Translations under genes and position numbers: made by a program | Part shown: one piece after another, positions 11,189-20,802 of the stretch | Layout: every line of letters starts with the position of its first letter | Numbering within the stretch: position 1 is the first letter of the stretch | Notes under the pieces: model-generated | Database searches by the model: none | What the model saw: the letters and a program-made list of their open reading frames with translations, nothing else | Told to the model about the DNA's origin: nothing | Source of the DNA: an uncultured archaeon | Lineage (GTDB): Archaea > Asgardarchaeota > Lokiarchaeia > Sigyniarchaeales > SOKP01 | DNA length: 64,000 nucleotides | Reading direction: 5' to 3' | Assembly (NCBI GenBank): GCA_964486045.1 | Contig: CAZALK010000001.1 | Coordinates: 256,001-320,000 of the forward strand

Positions 11189-11426
11189 CATATTTTTTAA
11201 TATTTTATATATAAAATTAAAGGGATACAAACTTAATTTAGAATAATTACTACTTAATTTAGATAATTTTACAGACCTTAAATTTCTCACAAAAAATTTG
11301 TTTAAAATTATTGGGGTGCGGACATTTAAAAATGTATCGTCATAAAATGGGACATTTCATGGGGTCACTCTCCAGATGTGTCAACCTCACTCTCTCCTAC
11401 CTTTTTTTTAAATTACAAATAAGGAG

Positions 11427-11660
11427 GTGGAAAAAATGAGTAGAATAAAAAAAACTTTGAATTACATTTCAACTTTCTTATTGTTTGTATTGTTTTTTAT
11501 GATTATAGTATATATTAGTATGACTATAACAAATTTTAGCGATTTAGGAATAGAGGTCCCATTTGGAACGATTTTATTCTTTATGATTTTAATTTGTATA
11601 TTTGTTTTAATTTTTATTATCGCTCTCAATGTTTCGCAATCAGAAGAAATTGTAAAATAA
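11427..11660 (+). CDS. Small two-TM membrane protein
   Basis: AGGAGGTGG SD before the internal ATG; two TM helices. Confidence 0.55.
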   Translation: MEKMSRIKKTLNYISTFLLFVLFFMIIVYISMTITNFSDLGIEVPFGTILFFMILICIFVLIFIIALNVSQSEEIVK

Positions 11661-12163
11661 GTTTGTAACCCAAGAATTATTTAAAAACTTTTGTAAAAAC
11701 TTTTGAACATATCCACCAGGATATGGTTCTCCACAGTGGGACCAGACCAAGATTTATTATAGTAATCACACCTGAAAATACCAAGCAAAATAAGGAATGT
11801 TATCGCTAGAAATCCTAAAATAGGGATAAATAAATTATACTTTGGATTTAACAACACTGTCAAGCTAAGAAATCCGATATAAATTGAAGTACCAACAAAA
11901 CTAGTAATATGAGATCTTAGATCTCATGGTCGCAAAACAAATATCCGAAGAGATTTTAAGTACAAAAGGGGATTAAACCAGGATCCAAATGATTCAAAAA
12001 TGCATCTTGAAGAGACTCCTTTTAAATCCTATAAATTTATGATTTTATCTGATATCACGTTTTTTATTACAAAATCAACTTTCTCTTTTTCTTTAAATAA
12101 TCCCGACATTTTTTGTAGTAATACCCTAATTACTAAAATAAAGTACAAAATAATGACTGATAA

Positions 12164-12286
12164 AATATTCCCCTGAAAAGGAAACTTCCCAAACATTCTT
12201 GATCGACTCCTGGATAATTGAAAAAAATAGGGTTGCTGTATAATAAATAATATCTTTTTTTATTTCCTATAACTTTTTTAGACCTT
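12164..12286 (+). repeat. Direct-repeat copy of the 3' end and downstream flank of gene 13171..13470
   Basis: Encodes PEKETSQTFLIDSWIIEKNRVAV*; aligns with about 13392..13513 including non-coding flank. Confidence 0.85.
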
Positions 12287-12317
12287 AGACATCAAACTGA
12301 AATTAAAGTTACAAAAT

Positions 12318-13007
12318 TTACCATGGTAGTTCTTCAATAACCTCAACTTCACCTTCAAATAATACCTCGTCTTGTTTAGATTCTGGACCCTTTATTCCTG
12401 CCCAATATAAACTTGCGTTAGAACGATATTTGTTTATTGAAAATGTATCATTAGTTAAAAACTGACTACTTCCTCTAAAACTTTTGCCAGATAACCTCAA
12501 TCTAAATATCTTTCCTTGAAGTCTTGTTTTCCAAAACGTTAATGATTCCTCATCAGGTATAACCCATATACACTTAAGTCTCGATGGGTAATTTCGGAAT
12601 ATTACATTTTCATTTCGAACTTGTTCAAATACTAATTCTCTCATCAACATAGTATATTCTCTCAAAGCGAGATGCGCATTTTCCAATAATCTATAAGGTT
12701 CCTCATATAAAGGTGGATCTATATCATCTATTCTTTCCATTTCCCCTTTTCTTACCTTAAGTATATGATCAATTAATCCATATATAGGATGGGATTCTCT
12801 TTGACCCTGATATACTATTCTAATATCATAATATATATTAAAAAATTCATTATAATCATTTCCTATCAATTTTTTTTGACCAACACTCCATTGGTGCGGC
12901 GAATCACTTCTTTGAATGTGAAAGTACTCTTTATTTTGAAGATTTTTCATGGTGTCATTCGGAGTGATTTTAATCGTGTTATCTTTTGGATTAATCGTAA
13001 TTTTCAT
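12318..13007 (-). CDS. DUF2441-family protein (ADP-ribosyltransferase-like fold)
   Basis: RELVFEQVR...YPSRLKCIWV and C-terminal EVLFEGEVEVIE match the family pattern as I recall it. Confidence 0.65.
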   Translation of the reverse strand: MKITINPKDNTIKITPNDTMKNLQNKEYFHIQRSDSPHQWSVGQKKLIGNDYNEFFNIYYDIRIVYQGQRESHPIYGLIDHILKVRKGEMERIDDIDPPLYEEPYRLLENAHLALREYTMLMRELVFEQVRNENVIFRNYPSRLKCIWVIPDEESLTFWKTRLQGKIFRLRLSGKSFRGSSQFLTNDTFSINKYRSNASLYWAGIKGPESKQDEVLFEGEVEVIEELPW

Positions 13008-13170
13008 AATGTTAATAATCTCTTAAAATTAATTAAACAAACAGATTATTAAAAACTGTGATTTTATTTTTAGTAAATTTCATCAATTTGTATGGCTTTT
13101 TCAGAAAATTTGGGCATTTGACAAAGATTTTCAACTAGGGTATGTTCAAACAGAGTTTAAAGAATTCTGT

Positions 13171-13470
13171 TTGTTTAAAGCAAATAATATAATAAGAGAG
13201 GAAAAGATTATATCTCAAAATCAAGAAATAAAAGAAGAAGAGTCTGAGTTAATAGTGGTAGAAGAGATAAGTGGTGGAGATGATCTTACAAAAGTGCAAG
13301 GAATAATTGCTGGAGAAACGGAAAAAGCCGTGCTTCTTAAATTAAAAAGTGGGGCGGAAAATTGGTTTCCTAAATCGACGATTAAATCTCAATATTCTCC
13401 TGAAAAAGAAACCTCACAGACGTTCCTCATCGACTCCTGGATTATTGAAAAAAATAAAATTGCTGTATAA
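13171..13470 (+). CDS. Small beta-rich domain of the ETEKA...WFPKS type, probably a 3' gene remnant
   Basis: GETEKAVLL...NWFPKSTI...IDSWIIEK; partial copies at 12164 and about 31190. Confidence 0.5.
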   Translation: MFKANNIIREEKIISQNQEIKEEESELIVVEEISGGDDLTKVQGIIAGETEKAVLLKLKSGAENWFPKSTIKSQYSPEKETSQTFLIDSWIIEKNKIAV

Positions 13471-13710
13471 TTAATAATTTATTTTTTAATTCCTATTTTC
13501 TTTTTTAACCCTTAAGAAAAGAAACCAAAATTATTCTTGATAAAAGAAATCTAATCACGAGGTTACTTTAAAATTTCTGGTAATATCACCAGATTATATA
13601 AGTACTAAGCATTAATATATTTATATGGATTAAATATATATCTCACTTTATAGAAGGGAACATTATATAAAGCTAAATAATTTTTTTAACTATTCCGTTA
13701 TGAAAATCAT

Positions 13711-13821
13711 AAAAGAAGCTCTAAAGCAGTTGCTTTTGATCAACAGGCAAATATTGAAGAAATTGATAAATTAATGGCATCTTATAAAGAATGGGAAGAG
13801 AAAAGGATAAGTAAGAAATAG
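13711..13821 (+). pseudogene. Orphan 3' fragment of the PCI-tail module
   Basis: KRSSKAVAFDQQANIEEIDKLMASYKEWEEKRISKK*; no start codon in frame. Confidence 0.85.
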
Positions 13822-13967
13822 TTATTGATTAATCAGATGGTTATCAGTTATTAACGCGATTTTTCACATATTTAATACAGGAAAAAGCTTAAACTGTATT
13901 TTTAGCTTAGATGGAAATATACATTTCTAACTCAAGAAATCCTTTACTTTTAAGCTCCTTAATCAAT

Positions 13968-15344
13968 CTATTTTTTTTTAAATTTTCCTTCTTCCCAGTC
14001 TTCATATGTTTTCATCAATTTATCAATTTCATCAATTCTAATTTCTTGATCAAAAGCAATAGACTTACTACTTTCAAAATATTTTGCGTAAATTTCATTA
14101 TTTTCAATCATTTCTTTTACAGTTGATTCTATTATATCATCTTCTTCTCGACATTCTTCCGCAATTTCTTTAATTTTAATTCTAACAAATTTAGTCCCAA
14201 GTTGTATTACAGTGTTTTTAATTTTTCCAATTTTTGTTAGATTGATCAATTCTTTTATTCTCTGAGTTTGATCATTTTTTTTGTTAGAGTTCTTAATCTT
14301 ATTTACGAAATCTAAGGCTTCTTCAAAATTATTTAAAGATTCTTTGAAATTCATATTTTTTTTAAGTTCATTACCTCTTATCATTTTTTCATTTATTATT
14401 TCAAGATAAACAGTATCAATATGATTGTTGATCTCTTGCTCTTTAAGCTTCCTTTTATCTTCCAATTTTATGTTTATGGCTTTTAATAAGGCATCATTAA
14501 GAATAGCTATAGTCTTATTCAAATCATTTTCTCTTCTTTTCATATCTGCCTGTTTTATTAAATTATTTATTTCTATAAGGTATATTTGATCAAAAATTCC
14601 ATTAGTTTCATTAATCGAATTATTTTTTACTTCTGAATTAGAAATTTTTTTTACCAGTTCTAAAGCGAGATTTAACTTCTTATAAGCTTCATTAAGGTTT
14701 TTACTCTCTTTTAATTTCTTTGCATTTTCATTTAATAATTGAATCTCTGATCGATATGCATTATCAAGTTTATTTATGATCATATTTTCAATTCGGGTAG
14801 GTTTATTAAATTCACTTTGATGTAGTTTGCCTCTTCTTTCTAATGCTAATTCTTGTTTGATATTTTTTAATCTTAATTCTTCTTCTAAATTTTTAGACTT
14901 TATTTTATTTGTAACTAGATTGATAATTCGGCGAAAGTTGAGACCACATCTAAAGCAATTCGGTTCAAATTTATGACGTATTAATCCGCATCGAGGACAT
15001 TTTTTTATTTCACTTAATTTTATCTTTTTAAATTGGATATCAGGATATGTAAGTACAAATAATTTATTAACTAGCTTGAAAGCAGATTCATATACAGATA
15101 TAGGAGACTTATTTTTATCGCCTTCTTCTATTAACGAATTTATTTTATTGGTGTAAATTATATTATGCTTTTGTTCACTTGTTTTTAGCTTAGATTTAAT
15201 CTTTTCTCTAAAGTCCATATCTTGCCCATTGAATCCAGAAAACTCAATATTTAATGCTTCTTTAAACAGTTTACATGCGTCTTCATAGTTTTTCTTGCCA
15301 AATTTTACTAATCCTTGCTCATACAAATCCTTAAGTCTAATCAT
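13968..15344 (-). CDS. TPR-like helical repeats with an inserted Zn ribbon and C-terminal PCI-tail module
   Basis: TPR-like repeats; CPRC...CFRC; ends IYAKYFESSKSIAFDQEIRIDEIDKLMKTYEDWEEGKFKKK. Confidence 0.8.
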   Translation of the reverse strand: MIRLKDLYEQGLVKFGKKNYEDACKLFKEALNIEFSGFNGQDMDFREKIKSKLKTSEQKHNIIYTNKINSLIEEGDKNKSPISVYESAFKLVNKLFVLTYPDIQFKKIKLSEIKKCPRCGLIRHKFEPNCFRCGLNFRRIINLVTNKIKSKNLEEELRLKNIKQELALERRGKLHQSEFNKPTRIENMIINKLDNAYRSEIQLLNENAKKLKESKNLNEAYKKLNLALELVKKISNSEVKNNSINETNGIFDQIYLIEINNLIKQADMKRRENDLNKTIAILNDALLKAINIKLEDKRKLKEQEINNHIDTVYLEIINEKMIRGNELKKNMNFKESLNNFEEALDFVNKIKNSNKKNDQTQRIKELINLTKIGKIKNTVIQLGTKFVRIKIKEIAEECREEDDIIESTVKEMIENNEIYAKYFESSKSIAFDQEIRIDEIDKLMKTYEDWEEGKFKKK

Positions 15345-15385
15345 TCGGGTTCTTTTCTCCTGGAATAAATCAATTACCTTTATCC

Positions 15386-15485
15386 TCTCTAATTATTTTT
15401 AATATATATTTTGAGAAGTAAACTTAGAATCAAGTTGAGTTGAATAATTCTTTAAGAGACAAGATTCCACTTCGTTTTTTAAGTA
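15386..15485 (-). repeat. Copy of the 3' end and flank of Rab-like gene 31795..32391
   Basis: gagaagtaaa(c/t)ttagaatcaagttgagttgaataattctttaagagaca(a/c)gattccacttcgtttttt recurs at about 31755-31850. Confidence 0.85.
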
Positions 15486-15731
15486 TTCTATTAGATATTA
15501 ATAGGTAAGGTGAAATAATCATTGAGACTATTAGAATCCAAAGATATAATTTAAAAAACTTATAGCTTGTTGGATTTTTCTTAGATAATAAAATTTTAAT
15601 TTTAAACACTTCTTTCCTAAAACCTGATTTTTAGTATCGATTTCCAAGTAATAAATTAAATCTTATCTTATATAAAAATTGCTTTCCTAACATAGTGTTC
15701 ATTAAAATATTAAACTTTTACAAAAACAAAG

Positions 15732-15759
15732 AATGTTCCCATATGGAAACATTTATATA
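15732..15759 (+). promoter_or_regulatory. 22-bp palindromic operator adjoining a TATA-like box upstream of the UFM-like locus
   Basis: aatgttcccatatggaaacatt has 10 of 11 pairs complementary and runs into tttatata, about 45 nt before the ATG at 15805. Confidence 0.5.
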
Positions 15760-15804
15760 TTTAAACAACCTTTTTAAATATATATCAATAGATGAATTTT
15801 ATCC

Positions 15805-17199
15805 ATGCCAAATTCAAAGAAAAAAGATAATCCAACTCGAGAACTGCCGATAAGCCTACAAGGTATCGAAACTATTTTACTATTTTTAAATGAAAAGGAT
15901 AAAACAACGTCGAGTATCCGAAATATTAGCGAACAGACCAGACTTTCCATGAGAGTCGTAAAAAATATACTTTTACAATTGGAAAAATTCAATCAAGTAG
16001 AGAGAGTCACAGTAAAAAATAACATCCTTCCAAAATGGGGGATTACAAAATTTGGAAAGAAAGTTATAAAAGAAGCGAAGGGTATAGAAAAGAATATTAA
16101 ATTTTTGAGTAGAGAAGATGAATTGTTATATAGAATTTCTGTCTATGAAAGCATTGATGACTTAAAAGAAGAAAGCAGGCAAAAACAAGAATCTATTATT
16201 TCTGAATTAGGGGCCTTACAAGTTGAATTAAGTAAAATCTTTGGTCCAATCCTTAACATAAATAATCCGATTTTTGAAGATTTGGTGAGTTTTTTTATTA
16301 AGCGAGTCAAATTTCTTAACCAACGAGTATCAAATTTACTTAAAGACCCAATTGCCAGTTATTCATTAAAAAAGATAGGTGAAAAACAGAAAAAAGTTTC
16401 AAAAGAAAAAGAAAAACTTTTATTCACAGAAATTTATTTCTTCAATTCAGTAATATTAAACGAAATAAAGCGGATATCTGATTTCATGATTAATTTATCG
16501 CACTTTATTGAGAATGAAGCGATTTCTAATGCTTATTCAGTAGCAATCGATCTGAGGGAAGAGATTAGATTATTAACAAGTTTTATTTATCAAAGAGAAT
16601 CTTTAACTGTAAATTCTCATAAACTCCCAACTGAAGATTTAAAGCAGTTATCTAAAAATAAATTTAGCGTAGAAATTTTAGATAATATAATTGAAATTCC
16701 TATGGATGACCCACAGCGAATGAAGGGAATAGAAGATGCTGTTTTAGAATTCTTGGCTTCGCTAAATAAAGGTGAGAAACTATTAAAAGACCATAGCCAT
16801 GAAATTTCTGAAAATATTCCTTTATATGCTTTATATCAATTAATTTTGGATGAAAAACCAAATTTGAATTTTACCATAGATAAATTGGAACGTGTAATAA
16901 ATTCTCTTGCTGATAGTGGATACATACCAGGAATAAAGATTATCCAAGAAGATGAAGACCATTATCTTAAAGTTGTTCAATTGAGAGCACATGATATTTC
17001 AGAGGATGAATCAAATCTCATTTCTTTTGCGCTTAAACTTCAAAAATTCACAATAGCTGATATGATAGGAGCAAGTGGTTGGACCATGGCAAAAATTACT
17101 AAAATTTTAAATACACTTACCGAGCTTGGAATCATCAAATATTCGAAATCTTTTTTACACGGTGAACAATGGTATATAGTTTCTGAGCATAATGATTAA
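15805..17199 (+). CDS. N-terminal wHTH, coiled coil and C-terminal tandem winged helices resembling ESCRT-II Vps22/Vps36 (EAP30)
   Basis: N-term SIRNISEQTRLSMRVVKNILLQLEK; C-term IPLYALYQLI...LERVINSL...KVVQL...ISEDESNLI...FTIADMIGASGWT...LNTLTELGII fits the EAP30 pattern. Confidence 0.6.
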   Translation: MPNSKKKDNPTRELPISLQGIETILLFLNEKDKTTSSIRNISEQTRLSMRVVKNILLQLEKFNQVERVTVKNNILPKWGITKFGKKVIKEAKGIEKNIKFLSREDELLYRISVYESIDDLKEESRQKQESIISELGALQVELSKIFGPILNINNPIFEDLVSFFIKRVKFLNQRVSNLLKDPIASYSLKKIGEKQKKVSKEKEKLLFTEIYFFNSVILNEIKRISDFMINLSHFIENEAISNAYSVAIDLREEIRLLTSFIYQRESLTVNSHKLPTEDLKQLSKNKFSVEILDNIIEIPMDDPQRMKGIEDAVLEFLASLNKGEKLLKDHSHEISENIPLYALYQLILDEKPNLNFTIDKLERVINSLADSGYIPGIKIIQEDEDHYLKVVQLRAHDISEDESNLISFALKLQKFTIADMIGASGWTMAKITKILNTLTELGIIKYSKSFLHGEQWYIVSEHND

Positions 17200-17252
17200 T
17201 TTAAGAATATATAAAATAATTGAATAAAAAAATTAATTTAAAATTAAAATAA

Positions 17253-18116
17253 GTGAGGATAAACATGTTTAGAGAAATAAAACATAAAAAGTTCAAAGAT
17301 TCTGACCCTCAAATTATAGCATGGCAGAGAGGAGATAGGGGAGCTTTCGATACCCCGTTAATGTATATCTTTCCTCAAAGGGGAGATAACATTAAGGAAA
17401 AGAAATTTTTTGCTGTAAAAGACTATGAAAAAGCAATTTTTTACAATAAAGGAGCGTTAGTTGCTGTTCTTGGAGGGGGTATATACGAACTTGATAAGAA
17501 TGCAAGAATTAAAGGGACTGAAATAGTTTGGATTGATACATCCTTTACTGAAATTCCATGGGGTATTCCACAATCGGAGGGTATTCCTACTAAAGATGGA
17601 TATATTATTGGATTATATGGAGATTTAAAATTAAAAATTAGTGACCCAAAAATATTCTATAACGATGTCGTAGCAGGTACGAAGATATGGACTATTCAAA
17701 ATCTTAAAGAGTGGATTGTTGGTCTTATACATACATCTTTACGAGATATATTCAAGACTTGTACTGCGAAAAGTATAATTTTAGAAGATCGTGAGCGTGT
17801 AATTAACTTAATAACATCTAAAGTTACTGAAGAATTTTTAAGATATGGTTTAGAACTTGAAACATTTAATGTAATTGGTATAAAAGCTCCTGAAGATGCT
17901 GAAAAATTATTAATGGATGATAGAGAAAAAATTCAATATATTACTAAACAGAAAAAGGATCTCAAGAATCGCATTGAAGATCTAAAGAATAAATTAAAAG
18001 AACAACAGGATCTTTTAATAAATGATAAAATTACTCAAGAAGATTACGAGAAAAAGAAAAAGCAAATTCAAATTTTTATCGACGAAGTTCAAGAGGAATT
18101 AAAAACAATTAGTTAA
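17253..18116 (+). CDS. SPFH/band-7 domain protein with coiled coil and SHOCT-like C-terminus
   Basis: AVKDYEKAIFYNKG...GGIYEL; WG; GLELETFNVIGI; C-term KITQEDYEKKKKQI. Confidence 0.75.
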   Translation: MRINMFREIKHKKFKDSDPQIIAWQRGDRGAFDTPLMYIFPQRGDNIKEKKFFAVKDYEKAIFYNKGALVAVLGGGIYELDKNARIKGTEIVWIDTSFTEIPWGIPQSEGIPTKDGYIIGLYGDLKLKISDPKIFYNDVVAGTKIWTIQNLKEWIVGLIHTSLRDIFKTCTAKSIILEDRERVINLITSKVTEEFLRYGLELETFNVIGIKAPEDAEKLLMDDREKIQYITKQKKDLKNRIEDLKNKLKEQQDLLINDKITQEDYEKKKKQIQIFIDEVQEELKTIS

Positions 18117-18201
18117 AACAAATTATATTATCCTAATTTCAGGGAAATCTCGAAAAATGAAGAATAATTAATTAAAAAAATTAGACAAAGAAAAAATTTA
18201 A

Positions 18202-19548
18202 ATGACAAGAAAAGTAGACGTTCGGACTTATTTGAATTATTTATTGCAATATTTAAACGTAGAAGATTTAAAACAAGTATGTCGATATTTTAAAATTAAT
18301 GATGTTCTTAACTTTAAAAAATCTGAATTGATTGATTTCATAACTGAATCCTTAACCGAAGAAGAAATTGGAAACCTTTTAGAGCAGAAGGAGTTAGAAA
18401 TAATTTCAGATGGTATCGAAGTTGCGATAAACAAGATTCAGGAAGAAGACCCGGAATCAATAATTGAAATCAACATTACAGATCCTGATAAACATAAAAT
18501 TGAAATCCTTTTCAGGGGTATAAGTTGGGAAACAAATTCCTTTTTGTCAATAACAGGTGATAATATTAATAATCCTGAAAGAGGTTGTGATTGTAGATCA
18601 AGTTTAAACAAGGGCTTTTGTAATCATTTCTGGATAGGATTCATTTTTTCCCTGAAACAGGATTATTTTAAGCTTTCTGATTGGAGTCTCACACCTCTAC
18701 CTGAGGATTTTGAAGAAAAAATTAAGTCAATAAAGATTACTTATTATCCTCAGTACATTGTTGATGATGAACCATCACTTAGACAAATAAGTTTAATTGA
18801 CGAAGGTTATAATGGTTTTCAATTAAATAAAGGCGCGAGTGTTACCATTTATGAGGGTGAAATTACAGAAATTGTTGAAAAACAATCTGTAGAAAGAGCC
18901 CAATTCCATGATTTATATTCCGATGAATATTTAGAGAGATTAAGGAAAGAAGGACTTACTTATTATATGGTTTTATTGAAAAACCTAAAAATTGGACCAC
19001 GAGTATCAAGAAAAAATGATTTTCTAGACGAAATAAAAGATAAGAATATCCTCAAACTAAAAACCGGCAAAAGGACAATTAAGGATAATAAGTTAGAAAT
19101 AAAAGATAAAATTAGTGCAAAATTTAAAATTTCTAGAGATTATTTCTGGGGTTTTGTGGCGAGTATGTCGGGGAGGAAGATCGAAAAACTAGATCAAAAT
19201 CAAATTAGTCCTTATTATCTTATAAATGAGGAAAAAATAAGAAAAGAGGAATTTAGGAAAAAAAGAGAAGAACAAGATATTCTTGAAACAATTCAAGAAT
19301 TTGCAGATGAATTTACTAGAATTCACATAAATGAATTAGTAAATAAATTAAAAATGAGTGAAAAAAAAGTTATAGAAATAATAGAGAAATTAATTAAAAA
19401 TAATATAATTCCAGCAACATATGATCCCAATACGCAAGGCATTGAGTTTAATCCTATGGGGGAAATAATCGACGAATTATCTACTACAATCGAAGGATGG
19501 GGTAAAGGAGACCCGGAACAGGTTAATTCTTCTTCTAAAAAGAAATAA
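18202..19548 (+). CDS. HeH/SAP-like N-terminus, SWIM zinc finger and C-terminal PCI-like domain
   Basis: LNVEDLKQVC...KKSELIDFI; CDC-x8-CNH; FTRIHINELVNKL...IIPATYDPNTQGIEF...IIDEL. Confidence 0.7.
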   Translation: MTRKVDVRTYLNYLLQYLNVEDLKQVCRYFKINDVLNFKKSELIDFITESLTEEEIGNLLEQKELEIISDGIEVAINKIQEEDPESIIEINITDPDKHKIEILFRGISWETNSFLSITGDNINNPERGCDCRSSLNKGFCNHFWIGFIFSLKQDYFKLSDWSLTPLPEDFEEKIKSIKITYYPQYIVDDEPSLRQISLIDEGYNGFQLNKGASVTIYEGEITEIVEKQSVERAQFHDLYSDEYLERLRKEGLTYYMVLLKNLKIGPRVSRKNDFLDEIKDKNILKLKTGKRTIKDNKLEIKDKISAKFKISRDYFWGFVASMSGRKIEKLDQNQISPYYLINEEKIRKEEFRKKREEQDILETIQEFADEFTRIHINELVNKLKMSEKKVIEIIEKLIKNNIIPATYDPNTQGIEFNPMGEIIDELSTTIEGWGKGDPEQVNSSSKKK

Positions 19549-19593
19549 AAAAATATGATGGGTTAGATAATTTAAAGGTAGAAATTAAGAAGA

Positions 19594-20676
19594 ATGAATA
19601 CTTACAAATTAATTCCACAGCTTAGAGATGGCTTAATTATTCAAGCGAAAAAAGAATGGTTATCAGATTTTAAGATTGAGGATACTGTTTTCTTAATTTC
19701 TGATTTAGTTACTAAAAAATATTCTGTAATATCAAAAATAGAAGCAATTGAATATGCTGAAGAACCTATAATCTTCATAGATAATAGGAATTTAGGCAAT
19801 TTTGGGGAGGGAGACGAGGTCTTTATTTTAAAATACAACCCTGCTGAAGCTTTAGAGGTTCACATAAATGTTTCGAACGAACATGCTATAATTACTCAAG
19901 GTGATTGGACTTCTAATATCAAACCATCGCTAATTAACAAACTTATAGATTACGGACAAGAAGTCGCATTCTTAATTCCATGGGAAGGTGGAGCACCTAT
20001 TGTTGCCACGGGAATCATAAACTCGACACTCCCAAATCCACCTGTATATATTGGAGATAGAACAAAAATTTTTATATGGAAGGGCTCAAACGAAGAACTC
20101 TCGAAAATTAAGAGAGAAAAATTGTTGATCCAAGAGGATCGCGTTGATATTTTAGAAAGACAAATCAAACAGAAAACGATCAACTTAATAAAAGAAATAA
20201 AACAGAACAATTATCCAAATAAAGGTCTAAAATACAAGTTTAAAGCAACAAATCCAAGACAATTATTTAAATCGATTCTCAATGTTTTTAAAGGGTTAGA
20301 TTCTATAGAAGATCCTATAGAAGAATCGTTTGAAGAAAAGGAACAAGATTATCTTGCATCAGCTGTATTTTTGACTAAGCAAAAGTCAGATTCAGTCCAA
20401 TTAATAGATATACAAATAATAGCTTCCGGGAATTCAGGAACACTAATAATATGGGTTACAGGAGAAAATGAGTTAATAATTTCTGAAACTTTGGAAAAAT
20501 ATGATTCAAGAATTTATCAATTACAGCAAGGTTTAGAACAGAAAGTTGAAGTTTTAAGTGCTCAATGCCCAGAGTGCGGGGGAAACCTGCCTATAAAAAA
20601 TATAGATATAAATGGAATCGTTGAATGTCTTTATTGTAATAGAATTTCAAAAATTCCAAAAGTGTTAAGGTACTAA
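19594..20676 (+). CDS. CDC48/p97 N-domain-like protein lacking an ATPase, with a C-terminal Zn ribbon
   Basis: IFIDNRNLGNFGEGDEVFI...STLPNPPVYIGDRTKIFI resembles the CDC48 N subdomains; CPECGG...CLYC; no Walker motifs. Confidence 0.55.
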   Translation: MNTYKLIPQLRDGLIIQAKKEWLSDFKIEDTVFLISDLVTKKYSVISKIEAIEYAEEPIIFIDNRNLGNFGEGDEVFILKYNPAEALEVHINVSNEHAIITQGDWTSNIKPSLINKLIDYGQEVAFLIPWEGGAPIVATGIINSTLPNPPVYIGDRTKIFIWKGSNEELSKIKREKLLIQEDRVDILERQIKQKTINLIKEIKQNNYPNKGLKYKFKATNPRQLFKSILNVFKGLDSIEDPIEESFEEKEQDYLASAVFLTKQKSDSVQLIDIQIIASGNSGTLIIWVTGENELIISETLEKYDSRIYQLQQGLEQKVEVLSAQCPECGGNLPIKNIDINGIVECLYCNRISKIPKVLRY

Positions 20677-20802
20677 AGCTTCATGAAAAATGTATCGAAT
20701 AAAAATGGCTCAAAATAAATATTTTTTTCAGTTAAAATAATTGTGATATGAATAATTTATGGTCTTCTTAATTTTCCTTATATAATTCAAGAGTATTTTA
20801 AA

